Below are positions 51,107-64,000 of a DNA stretch of 64,000 nt, in pieces. The position numbers and the translations under genes were made by a program. The DNA is from Lama glama (taxonomy: Eukaryota): NCBI GenBank assembly GCA_028534125.1, contig CM052817.1, positions 25,918,001 through 25,982,000 of the forward strand, in the 5' to 3' direction. The notes below the pieces were generated by a model. The model was not told where the DNA came from. It saw only the letters and a program-made list of their open reading frames with translations, and ran no database searches. The stretch's first letter is position 1, and every line of letters begins with the position of its first letter.

Positions 51107-54100
51107 GTACTGTATACCTGACTTCATATTATAGCTTCAGAATGTAAAGAGCAGGAGTTTAAAAGAAACTCTAAGTAAACTATCTTCCATTTAAATAATT
51201 CTTTTTATTGAAATCAATTTTAATCTAACTCACAAGTTCTGTCCACAAATTTCACACTTATAGTAGTATGTTTTATTTATCTAAACTATTATTAATGTAT
51301 TAATCCAATTATTTTCCTTAAATATTGTAGTTTTTAAATTATTTAACTATTTTAAAATCTACAATTACACATCAGAGCATGAGACTATGAGTTTACTTTC
51401 ATTCTGTGAAAAACTAGTCCTTAATAAATTTAATTATTAAAACCCTTTTCTGACCACATTTCAGAGTTTTATGTTAAAGCATGACCATTTCAAACATGTA
51501 TTTGTTGTTACTATTGCTATTCTTAGTGAAATAAATAAATGTTAGCTAATTGATACATATTAAATATAGGAATTGAAATAAATGTGTTTCACAGTTGGTT
51601 TCATGTTACATGGCAAAAAAAGATGAGATTAATTGTTCTAGGAATTAAAATTAAATTAGTAATAAAAACTGGGAAGAATATGATCTACTAAGTGTTTTAA
51701 AACAGTATATTTCAAAAGCTAGAGTTTATGTTGGGAAATGTTAAAATGATTGAAATAACAGTGAAAATGTAAGCAAAGTAATAGCTATTTTTTTATTTAT
51801 TGAGTGATTACTATATACTACAGACTACACATAAGCATTTTACATGCATAATTGTATTTAATCCTCATGATAACCTTATGAACTAGGTCTATTATTATCC
51901 TCATTTTAAAGATGAAGACACTGAAGCTTAGTGAGATTCAATAACTTGCCCAAGGTTACAGAGTAAGGTGAGCTGTTGTGAACATGGAATTTATAAATGA
52001 CAACATTGCTAAACGCTGATGTCTTTATTAAGAATGTTTTTAATAGAGGACTCTTTCAGGAATTTTCAAGAGATTTCATTGAGACTAACATCTAGAATCA
52101 GTTAAATAGTTTGCTTGGGAAAATAAATTACTCCGTACACCTGTTACATTTTGAAAATGAAAAAAGCTTTATTAGTAGGGTTTTGTAATGTGCTAGGAGA
52201 AGCAATCTGATTTTTTAATGATCAAATGTTAAATACATAGAAATAGAAAAATGTATAGGAACATAAAATTACTCCATGTCTAAACTTGCACATACAAAAA
52301 TATGTTAACCCTTCTTTTCTTTTTGAACTTTCAGTATTGTTATACATGTGCTTTGTACTAGGGTTCAGTCACATCTGCCCTTGCAGTTAACAGATTGCAT
52401 TATGATCTCAAGGTCATTTACATACCTTTGAATACAGTTGTATATAGAACATATTATTATTGAGTGGATATATTGTGATTTGGCAAATAGTCCTCAAAAG
52501 GGAGAAAACTTACAGCTATTAAATATGAAGATTATGCATATATATTTTAGGAAAAAAATACTCTTATTTAGTTCTTTTAATTATTAAAACAATATATGCT
52601 CATGTAAATTGAGAAACATTAGATTGTATCAAAGGATATAAGGTGAAAAGTTAAATTTCTCTCTCCTTCTCCACCTGACAATCCCAGCCTCAAGGATACT
52701 ATTACTGTTAGTCGTATCTTTTACAGACTTTTAAAGTTTTCTATGTAAATACATGCACATATATGCTTATTTAACCTTTCTACAAAGAAAAATATTCTAA
52801 ATTGTTGAAAAGTTTTTGGTTACCGGAAAAAATGTTAACAATTAGAATTTTCATGAAGAATATATTTTAGTGGTTAATTTAAAACCTTAAACTGGCTAGC
52901 TGATAAAAATACACAGGCAAAAGTTGTAAGTTGTAACTAATAGATATTGCTTCCAAACTTATCCTATCAAATGTTCTATTCTCAGATGTTTTTCATTTTC
53001 TTCTAATTTGAGACAAACTGCCTTTAACACAAAATTAGCACTCTCTGATAGTAAGATAAATTTTACTATTTTAAATTGAGGGATTTCATTTTAAAATTTT
53101 TATGTTTTCCAAATAATTTCTTCCATTCCTTTAAAATGTCTAAGTCACTCATCTACATAGGAGCGTAAGGGGTCCCTTGTAATCAGTCAGAAAGTGAAAT
53201 ACGCTGCATAACCCAGTGACTTATGGCACCAGAGAGAAATCTTGCAATAGTTTGGCAGCCTGACGTGAACTAGATTTTCTCACTTGTCCCCTCTGTCCTT
53301 CCTTTAACATAGAAAATATTATTTGATACTTCATGTTGCAATAAAGTATTTCTTCCTTATTGTGCCCCCTTATAACCTAGAAGAAGCATTCTTTGGGATT
53401 AGCTTTTAGTCCAAGTGTGTTTACTGAGTTAAAAAAAACCTAATATAAAATGAAATTCGTGAATATCGAAAAGATTTATAGTAGCCTTTAGGGTCTTTCT
53501 AGTTCCAGAATAACGTTGAAAACGCCATCTCAGCCTGAAATGTCCTGATTTTGAGGAGACCTGAATGAGCTAGCCAGCCCTGAAACTGACCTGGAATCGA
53601 GATTCCACTTTATTGTGGGTCTGGTGATTATCTTAAAGCGAATCTAAGTCTCAGGTAAAAATTTGCCATAATCACACCTATTAATGGGTGCACCACTCTG
53701 GATTTTTAAGAATATTTGGAATAGAAAGAGGGTGCATTTTTTTTTTGCCTGTACCATCTCTAAGCACTATAATCACAGCTTTAAATATTATCTATAATTT
53801 TTGCAACAACGTTGCTGGGTAACTATTATTATCTCCGTTCACAGTGATACTTCTACCAAGCGTCGTCACTCCCTTGCATAAAATCCATTAGTGTCTTCAC
53901 AAAGCTTTTGGGATAAAGTCCCGATTCTTCATCAACATCTTCAAGACACAACTCCTGGCCTCCATTCCCTCCTTCCTGGCCACCCTCCCATCTCCATTGC
54001 TAATGCCGACCCCTTTTACCCCACACTTCGAGGCAGTGCACTACTAGGAGAGCCTTAATTTTACCTTACTGTTCCTCGGCACTCGGCCTCCACTAGTGCT

Positions 54101-55101
54101 CTGCCCAGCTAGAACGCTCCTCTTCCTCCCTGCTTTATCCATCTAATGTCCTTCAGGAGTCAATTTAGGCAGTCATCACCTCTAAGTTAGTCTTGCCTGG
54201 TTAGGGTTTGCGCCCCTTCTGAGGACTCCCATAATAAGATGCTTGCTTCTCTTATAGCACTCCTTTCACATGGTCCATCTCCCCCAACTGAGAGATCTTA
54301 ACAAGGACAAACTATTTTTAATATGTTTTATGTTTCCAGCACCTAACACGGAATATTAGGTACATGCTAGATATTAATGGTTGTGGAATGGGTGGCTTAG
54401 GGTTTCTATCTTAAACCTTGTAATCAAAGAACCAACTTCAAATTGAAAATTCATATTTCATTGCATTCTTGCTAACTGTTGAAATATTGCCCGTATTAAT
54501 CCAGTGGAGTGTTCATTAGTCAGGACTCTTGGTTGCAAGTGACACAAACGTACTTCAGGTTGGCTTAAGCAAAAATGAGCAATTTCCTGACTCAGTAACC
54601 AAGTCACAGGGATGAATGGACCCAGTAACCAGGACAGTCTCAGAAGCCCTTTATCTCGGTCTCTTACGTCCATTTCTTTCTGCAGCTTTGTGCCCTTTTT
54701 TTCCTTTGTAGAAGAAAGAGTTCTCTCTCCCAAGTTCAGTTTTTAAATTCCCAGAGACAGATTCTAACTTGTTTGGCCTATGCCTTCATGCCTCCAATCA
54801 GCAAAGCCCCCAAGTATTCACATTACCAAAGACAGTGATGGTGTCTGTTTTCATTCCATTTCTAAATCAATAAATATGCATAATAATTTAAATTTACAGA
54901 TCCCAACCCCCCCCTTAAAATGAAATATTTGAGAGCCTCTAAGTAAACATGCAGAGAAGCTGGGGGATATGAGTTTGCTCATAAGATGGTAACTCATTCA
55001 GTTTATTGCTCCACCAAATACTGCCAGCTTCCATGATAGTTTTGAGCACTTCATGGCTTTAAATTGTTATCTTTCATAGATGTGTACTGTTTACATAGTA
55101 C

Positions 55102-55342
55102 CAAGATTTCTCAACCTGGGCATATTGACATATTAGGCCAAATAATTCTTTCTTGTGGTGAGCTGTCCTGTGCACTGTAGGATGTTTAACAGCATCCCTG
55201 GCCTCTACCCCCAGAGGACAGTAGCACCGTTGTCCCTAGGGTGACAACAACCAAAATTGTGTCCAGATATGGCCAGATGTCCTCCAGAGTGGTGGGGGTG
55301 GTAGGCAAAGTTCATCCCCCTTTCCTCTCTTGAAAACCACTG
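55102..55342 (+). mobile_element. MER20
   Basis: tttctcaacctgggcatattgacat...ctgtcctgtgcactgtaggatgtttaacagcatccctggcctctac...tgaaaaccactg. Confidence 0.85.
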
Positions 55343-57509
55343 ACTTAAACTTATAATTAATAACCAGTTAAAGACATGAAGCATAAAGAACAAGGATGTT
55401 GAAATAGAGTCAGTATGAGGGATATAAAATTGCACCAGTTTTACAAAATTGCCTCAAGGAGATTTTCAGCAGACCTATAAGTTGCATACATAAACTCTAA
55501 TTGATAGCATATAGGTATGTTTTTGGAGAACAAACAATGCTTTTAAAAATGTTAAACGAAGAAATAACATTGATGATTATATCTAGTTGGGCTTTTTGCA
55601 CTTTGGAAATAAAGACTGTCCACACTAGCTTTGTGCTATTTGTAAAATTCTTGAAAGAGTTGCCCCAAACCATTTCTCTCATACAGTTAATTATGAACAA
55701 AACACTAAACTTAATTTTTGAAAGCTTGTACTTTTTTAGGAGCAAAATTCAAAAATTCAAACAAAATGTTATAGAAATAGTTACCCATTTTTGAAACCAT
55801 AACATTGTGTTTCACAAAGTTTGGGGTTTTGTGCATTACTTCATGATGGCCTTTTTGCTAGCTTTTTGGGGTTTTTTGTTTGTGTATCCAAGTACCGCAT
55901 GCACTATTATTTAATAAAACATTTTTCTTTAAAACATTTATTTTGAAAGGAAATTTTATATTCTATTATACATGAAAGACCAGTATTTTCTAATACCCTT
56001 AAAAGAAATATGTAACATTTAAAATAAAAAATGTTCATCTTTGTTATAACCAACCTCATATCCCATACAAAAAGAAGTAGTTATATCAGCCTCGGAAAAC
56101 ACCACCAAATATGCAAATTTTATTCTGCATTTTAGTATACATTTCGTCCTAAAAACAAACACAGTGTCATTTAAAAATGTGTCATAAAATGCTTTTTCTT
56201 ATAATTACATAATGTAATTTTAATAATGTAAAAGCATTTATTAAATGGGAAAATGCCAACATTTATATTTTTGTGTATGAGTGTTTTAAATATTCATAAT
56301 TTATTTTCTGAATATTTTAAATTTATTTGAAATAAACTTTTCAGTACAATCTTTAAAGAGATAGATTTATATAAAATAAAATATAGGTCAATACTTTTTT
56401 GTATATCACACACAAATGATGAAATAATTTTTTAAATTCTTCAGAGGCTCAAGAGGTTGCTTAATACTGTGAAAGAGGCTTTCAGGACAAGAAATGTTGG
56501 GAAACTCTTCTCTAGGTCAAGGCCTCACCAATTTGTTCCTGAGCCTGGGATAAGACTTGATTTATTCCCTATTTTTCCACCTCTTTGAGGACCTTTGTCT
56601 TAGCATTTATTGGCATCATTCTCTCAGAGAAGGTCACACAAGGCTGCATATGTTTTAGGTATTCAATAAACAATTCAATTGATTATTTTCTATTTAAAGA
56701 AAATTTGCCTTGTCCCAGAAAGGATTTAAAATTACAATTGAATAAAAGTGGATTTCAGACCTTCACACACACATACACACACAAACACAAACACACACCC
56801 CAACCTGGATTCTGGCATAAACATATAATCTTTTCAGAACATGCAAATCAATTGTGTATACCTGCTTCTATTAAAAATTTTACATTAAAAGCCCATCTCA
56901 AAACAAAGTGCAGAACATTGACGACTCTCAAAGCTGAGTGATGTACTATGAGGTGTCATCACACTATTCTTTCTATTTTTATGTGCTGTGACAATTTTCA
57001 CACTTAAAAGGTTAAAAACACATAAGAAAGTAAAAAGAATATTTTGTATTTTTAAAAGAAAACAATCATCTTTATTTAGTACACTTCTTAAGATCTCTGT
57101 TGAAATTCTTAACCAAAATTTAGTGCTAAAACTGCAAAAACAGATGTGAAAAAGCCACCATTCACATGATTTATATCTAAGCCTTCTTTGGCAACAGACG
57201 GCTGCAACTGCTTTCTTGAACAAGAAGGCTGCAGGCATATTTAAATGGAATAAATGTCATTTTTAAACCTCTTCAGCCCAACTCTCAACCAATATCTTAA
57301 AGACGAAGTATAATATTTTGAAATGGAATTACTAGCAGGGGTCTTTTTTAGCTTGTTTTGGTTGGGGAGGAACAAAATCTTCAAGGATCATCTGAAGTGG
57401 ATTTTTTTTTTCCCATGGGAAAAAACAAAGGAATTTTTAAAAACTCCTTTGTTAAAGTTGAGTTGCGGGACAATAACGTACCAAAATCAGCTTTTGCTAA
57501 ATCTTGTAG

Positions 57510-57560
57510 CAAAACAAAACAAAACAAAACAAAACCAAAAAAAAAAAAAAACCAAAAAAA
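57510..57560. repeat. (AAAAC)n / poly-A tract
   Basis: Read directly from the sequence. Confidence 0.85.
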
Positions 57561-60500
57561 CTAGCCCAGGCTTTTCTGTCAATGAGATTTAAAAAAAAAA
57601 CTTACTTGCTATTTTCCACCACTTCCCCTCCAACATCAAACAAACAAAAGAAGAACAACAAAAATGGGGAGAATAACGGACAGAGATTGGTCTCAGTTCT
57701 TAAAGTGGAGAATTGAGACAATTATTACAGATAACTTTTTGACATTCTATCACACTGTTCTTAAAATAATTATTACTATAAGAAGATTTTATTGCACATC
57801 TATTGTAGTGTCAGAAACTACTTGCTACTTTTCACATGTTATCTCATTTAATTATTACATCAACCCTGCCAAGTAGGTATTCTTAAAGTTATTTTACAAT
57901 TGAAATGGAAGCCTAGAGAAACCTGCCTGAAGTTACACAGCTGTATAAGTGTGCTTTTTCACTCCGTAGTGTCAGACCCCAAATTTAAATTTAATCTGTC
58001 TGAATCCAAGCCAACTACGCTTAATCACGTGAATCAGCTACCTAGCCTCAGCGAAAAAGGACAATTTACAGCCTAGAACCCCAAGGCAGTCACTTGTGTT
58101 GATACTGATTCCATCAACATTTGACTCCACTTCAAAGATCAAAGCAATCTATCTACATGTTTTATTTGTCCACAAAATCTATAAACAACTGATCCTTGAC
58201 TCATATATTAACCATGAGGTTTTTCATTTGTCCCTACGATTTTAATTTTTATTTGCTCAAAATTTTAGTGTCCGATTAAAGTCACAAGTCATCTTCATTG
58301 GGACCTAAGTCACCTCTAGCAAAATAGAGGAAATAATGATCAAACAAGTTAAAACTAGCAATTTTATAGATGTTTCTAATCAAATTTGAATAAAAAAATA
58401 AAAATGGCTTCCAGATAAGAATTGCCAAAGACAGTTTCAATAACCAGAATACCATTGTTAGACATAAGAGTCATGTAAAAAAACTATTTGTAGATGAGAA
58501 TTGGTATTCTAAAACCTTAAAGAAAGTAGTATTTACCTTTTCTAATCATTAAGTAGAAAAAATTATACTTCAGTGAATGATTAACAAGTTTAAATAAATG
58601 TAATTATACATGTTCAGAGAATAACATTGTGATTGTATTTAAACAGCTTGATTTGATATGAACACTCTCACACATGGAAAATTAGGCCCAACTGGAGAGC
58701 AGAAAACATTGTAAGTAATGGAAACAGTGTTAGTACACTAGTTTATAATACATGTGTCACTTAATTGCATATAAAAAATCTTACTAAGAAAACGCAACAT
58801 TAGAAAATAGTCTATATTAAAAGAAAAAGAAGTAGTTAAAATGATTGAACATTAACAGCAATTCTGTTGCTAAAGAGTAGAGGCATGTTGAGAATAGATC
58901 AGAACCTTCTAACTTACTAGCGAGTAAAGAGTGAATCACAGAAGTAATTAAAGTGATTTTTCCAGGTGATCTAATAGTGCTGCTTGAAAATTGTTTAGGG
59001 GAGCCTTGAAGTTGGTGAAAATCAGGATCTTTTAGTATTTGGAGATTCCATTGATTGGTTCTTTATAGCATCATATCTTGACTAGAGATTATATGACTAA
59101 GTCTTAAATAAAGGGCTGTGTTTACCGTTATCAGTTCTCCTTCCAAGTTAATCACATGTGTATTTTACGTCTCCTCCTTTTACCTTTGAATATCAACGTA
59201 TTATTCCGGAGTAGGAAAAACATTCTTTAATATGTAATCAACTCCAGAATAACTGAAGTTCTATTTAAGTTTCTGTTTTTTCCTTTGAGATTTTCAGAAC
59301 TTTGGAGAAAGTGAGGAGACTTAGTATAGAGCAATTAAATTCACTGATGGAAACCATCTGTTTCAACCAGTTCTCTTGACTTTTTTAAATTTCAAAAATA
59401 ATGCATTCTTACTGTAAAACATTCAAACAATACAGAAAGACATAAAGTTAAAAATGAAAGGTCTCCTCTTATTCCCTAACCCCATCCTCCAGAAGCAGCA
59501 GCTTGTTCAATTCCAAATATTTTTCAATGTATATATAAGCACATACATATAGACATATTTTTACACACTTTGAATCATATGATTACATTAAGTGTTGGTG
59601 ATCATTTCTGATCAGTTGAAATGTAAAAGTGTACTGTTTTTCTTCTAGGTATTTCTGTACTTCTCTATCCTATTAGAGGTCATAGGTCATCTGAAGGCAG
59701 GAGCTATCTTGTTAATATTTCTCCTAAATGCCTACCAAGGTGCCATGTGTCAAATAAGTATTTGTAGACTTGAATTTAAGCAGTTAATCAACATAAAATG
59801 AATGAAGAGTGAAGAAAAGGATAAAATAATAGCCATGGGTTGAAGGAAAGAGATTAAGTAAAAATGATTTCTCTAAACTTGCTTTTGCTGTTGTGTATAA
59901 TTTCTACGAGGGGAAAAAAATCAGCAGAACAGAAGGTAATGCTGATGAATTCTCTGTCTGACTGTTGACTGAGGTGGTGCCCCAGCTGGTGAGGCTGGAT
60001 GGAGGCATAATCAAAACCACGACTCTCAGATGGCCCCTTAGTGTGCTCCTGGCACCCAAACTCTGTGACATGGCTTTCTCAGTGCACTGGCCCTCGTTTT
60101 TATGCCACACCTGGTACATACCCCTTGCACTTTCACAGCCTATTCAATCACCCGTTGAGCCTAAGATGTTAAAGTGTGTTTCAAAAGCACAAAATTTGAG
60201 GTGTATAATGTCTGGAAATGACAATGATCTAGAGGCTGAAGGATTTAGTTCTAATTCTAGTTTTGCATTAGCTGAGATCTTGGGCAAGTCACTTATGCCT
60301 TGTGCTTCAGCATCTTACCAGCATCTAATACAGAGTTTTAAGAATTGGACCAAATGTTCTCTAAAGTCCATCCTCTACTTCTGATTAACAGGCAAGAACA
60401 CAGAACTTGAAACAACACAGCCTGGGCTTCACTTAGCTTGTGAACAAGCTACCTTACCTGTCTACCCTTGGTTTCCTTGGGTATACCCTTGGTATAATAA

Positions 60501-61739
60501 TAGTACTTACCTCTCGAGATTTTAATGAGGATTAAATGAGATAGTACATGGAAAGTGCTTAGAACAGTGCTCAGCATGTTTAGCACTAGATATATGTTCA
60601 TTCTTATTACTGCTTATGTTATTAATTTTCTATGGCTTTGTAATTTAACCAATATAAATTTGACTTAATCGTGAAAGTCACTCATCTTTAAGGACCATTT
60701 AATTATGACTTCTTTGAAGGTGATGCTGTACTAAATGCTATGCAACCACAGCATCCCTGCCCTTTCAGTCTGACATAAAGATCACCATCCTCAGTCAAAA
60801 CAGCCAAGTGTAGAAGTGGCCCCTAAGGGATACATTTAGCCTCTGACACCAGTGAGGACAATATCCAATGTCAACAGTTCTGGTTCTAAGAAAGAGATAC
60901 AGGGAATTACATATAAACATTACATGCTGTACTAGGCACTTGGACAACAGCATGGTTTTCTGAACACCCCCAATTTGTTGGCAGATCCTCCATGGATTTT
61001 CTAAGTGATCCTAAATTCCAGACACATATAGATATTTTATTCTCAACACGCAGGAGTGGGATATTGTACCCTCATTCTAGGACTGTTTAGTTCTTTTAGT
61101 AACCAAATACAGCAGAAAGAAACTATAATTTTATAACAATACGTTGTGGTTCATGTCAAATGGCCTTTCCCCAACAGCTTCAACATTTAAAAGTGATGTG
61201 ACATACAGAAAGCAGGATGGTTTTGTTAAATAATCAGAGGGGCCTGGATTCAAATCCTGACTGCACCACTATCCAGCCTCTCTGAACTTCAGTTTCTTCT
61301 CTAAACTGGGAAAAATAAAACCTGCTTTGCAGAGGCCGTACTATCAACAACGTATATGTCAGGCAACCAACAAACCAGCTGCTCCATAGTGGGCATTCAG
61401 TCAACAGTGTTCCATCAAGGCTCTTCCCTGGGCATCTGAATGTGCAACTGTGAACAAAACAGAGTTTCTGCACTGCAGAAGCTTGTAGGCTGGGAGTGGA
61501 TCATGTTGCATGGGCCTGAGACTTACATAAAGAAAAAAATACAAAATTATGGACATGAAAGTTGGTACAGAAGTAAATATCTATTTAGAAGGGAGAAAAA
61601 TATCTCCACAAATTACTGTAGTCTTGGAGATTCAGATTCCTTATTTTCTGAGGTCCCTTTGGGAATTTATCAGAAATACTTACCTAGAAATGTTTCCAGT
61701 CACTCCCAGGCTCCCAACCCACCTAGCACCTTTCATGGG

Positions 61740-61803
61740 GACCCAGGCAAGTGGGGGGCCCTGAAGCTTCAGCCTCCTTGGGTTCATGGTAAATCTGCCT
61801 TTG
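61740..61803 (-). mobile_element. MER53-like hAT end
   Basis: ggccctgaagcttcagc...catggtaaatctgcctttg. Confidence 0.55.
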
Positions 61804-62514
61804 TTGCAGGCCCCAAAATGGTAGGTCTTATTTTTGTTTTTGTAATTATTATCTTATTTGTAATTTTCAGAGTGGTTTCTATATTGACTATCTTTAACTT
61901 TTTGTTCTTAAATCCTGAGGAAAGCCTTCAAGTCTCTAACCCAGGCCATTTTAGCTTCAGTTAAACTTTGAGATGTGGTCCTTTTGCCTGAAAAAAAAAT
62001 TACTAACAGGATCACTATTGTTAATTTAACAATAACAAGAAAGCTTAAAATGTCATTCCACTTTCTGCAGAGTTGGCATGCAAATATGCTCCTTGGGCAA
62101 GGAAGCTGAACTTCAGTAAGGTACCAATTTACTGATATTGATTTCTTCCAAGCTCCCTTCTAATATCTAGGGAAACCCACAGATGCTTCATTTTAATAAA
62201 TTGTAAACTTTATTCTGGACTTCTTTCATTTGTGTTGCCAGGTTTAGATTCTGGCTTGGGGATTAGTTTAATTTAGTAATATTATAATTGAAATTAGAGT
62301 TCTATAACAGTGATAGGACCTTTTTTTGAAGGAACAAGTATGTTAGAGCTTAGTTTTTACCTGATTCCCATGGGGAAATCCTGCAACTACACAAATCGAG
62401 AACAATTGATTTGCTAGAATAAGTTGAAAATATAATTTTTTAAAAGAAAATAGAGGGAAAATGAATTTTAATATGACCATTACTGAGTTATTCCAACTAT
62501 AGAAAACATGAATT

Positions 62515-62828
62515 CAAACAGAAACAGGGTCATAGACGTAGAAAACAAACTTATGGTTACCAGGAGGGAATGGAGGTGGGAAGGGATAAATTGGGATTTT
62601 AAGATTTACAGATACTAACTAGTATATATAAAATAGATAAACAGCAAGTTTCTACTGTATAGCACAGGAAAATATATTCAATATTTTGTAGTAACCTATA
62701 ATGAAAAAGAATATGAAATGAATATATGTATGTATATATATGAGTGAAACATTATGCTGTAGACCAGAAATTGACACATTGTAAACTGACTATATACTTC
62801 AATTTTTAAAAATTTTTAATAAAAAAAA
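62515..62828 (+). mobile_element. Young L1 3' UTR fragment in KLB intron 1
   Basis: catagacgtagaaaacaaacttatggttacc...gtaaactgactata with an A tail; 14-bp TSD agaaaacatgaatt (62501 / 62829). Confidence 0.9.
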
Positions 62829-64000
62829 AGAAAACATGAATTTGAACCATTAAAAATAGAATGGGTAAATTTTTTCTTTATGATAGGTGGTAACTTTTGT
62901 TAATATTTAAATTCTCTCCTAAGAATAATGAGGGTCAGATATTGATCCCAAGAGCATTTTTAAGACTGTCAAAAAAAATTAAAGAAATAAGTGTCACATG
63001 ATTTTTTTAAACAATGAACAAGGTTCATATATCCTAAGCACCCAATACATATTTGTGGAATGCGGAATGAATGAATGAGTGAATATTAAATAATCTGGAA
63101 GAGTAGCAGTTATAATTAGTAGAAGACTTGATAATATAAAGAAATGCTGAGTAAATGAAAAAATGAATCAAACTGAAATTTAATCCTAGCCCGAATGGAC
63201 AGTGAACAAAGTTAAATCAGCAGCAAAAAGATAAATGAGGACGAAAACGTGAGCCATGCGCCCTGGGAAGTGAGGGAGAACTATCTGGAAACCTCTCTTC
63301 CTGCCCACACAGACTTCCTACAATTGTTTTCTACAGCAAGTTAAATACTTTCCAGCTTGCTCTTTCAAAGTACTTCAAATTTAGGTTTGTGTGGTTTTCA
63401 TAGGGTCTTTACATGTATTACCTCATTCCATCTTCACAGCAATTCTCTAGTGTTTATTTTTAGCTCAGTATAATGGAGGAGGGAACCGAGGCCGCTGAAA
63501 GGGAAACGACTTACCCAAGATCTAAAGCTAATTAGTGGCAGGGCCAGTGCTAGAGCCTGGGTGTCCTGCTTTCAAGCCCTAGGTCCTGTCCCCTGTGATA
63601 CCCTGCAGGAGACTAGCACCTTCATTTCATTCTTGATGGCTAAATTATTCCAGAAAGAGCAATCAATGATTCAAAGCAGATGTCAAAAAACACTTACACT
63701 TACATATTTGGAAATATGTAAAACAATTCCAAAAATAGGTAACCCTTTCCTGGGATTAAAAGAAGGAAAGAATTCAAACATATCAAAAGCTATATGCCCA
63801 CTCTTTCAGCCATCTTGGAGACGGCAGAGGCCTTCTGGGAACAGGACTTCCAGAACAGTGAATGTGTCTGGAAGGCTGTGGTCCAAGGCCATTTGTGCTG
63901 GCTATAAGAGGGGTCTCCGGAACTAGAGGGAGCACACAGCTCTTCTTAAAGTTGAAGGTGTTTATGCTCGAGATGAAACAATTCAATCCAGGCAAGAGAT

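Noticed and set aside
51107..51121. KLB ORF ending VLYT*
   Set aside because: Read-through past the exon 1 donor, not a truncation.
59965..63926. Longer ORFs in KLB intron 1 (139, 174 and 121 aa)
   Set aside because: No recognisable domain, the ORF-track starts are TTG/GTG, they partly overlap repeat remnants, and none matches KLB exon 2.
1..64000. Prokaryote-type systems (CRISPR, operons, defence islands) or a foreign insert
   Set aside because: The window reads throughout as mammalian intron/repeat sequence. I saw no spaced repeat arrays or dense ORF blocks.

Overview
Mammalian genomic DNA, most likely camelid: it has tRNA-Ala-derived Vic-1-type SINEs and young L1 3' tips, and I saw no Alu. 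The window covers the head-to-head RFC1/KLB locus. RFC1 is on the minus strand, with coding exons 1-4 at 32842-14652 and a CpG-island promoter; exon 5 onward lies left of the window. KLB (beta-klotho) is on the plus strand, with exon 1 at about 50.3-51.1 kb; exon 2 lies right of the window. A decayed RPS24 processed pseudogene sits about 1.5 kb upstream of KLB. The rest is intron or intergenic DNA rich in L1, L2, CR1, MIR, MaLR/ERVL LTRs and DNA transposons. The main observation is an in-frame TGA at codon 8 of the human-annotated KLB N-terminus. It turns that start into a 7-codon uORF, so full-length beta-klotho could start only at the Met30-equivalent ATG, behind five upstream ATGs. Other points of interest are a MaLR provirus with two different LTR families inside one target-site duplication, an RPS24 retrocopy retaining the 22-nt microexon, and an AAAAG-like retro-tail in RFC1 intron 2. 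I found no evidence of a new multi-gene system. Gene and repeat names come from my recall of the sequences, not from database searches, and repeat boundaries are approximate.
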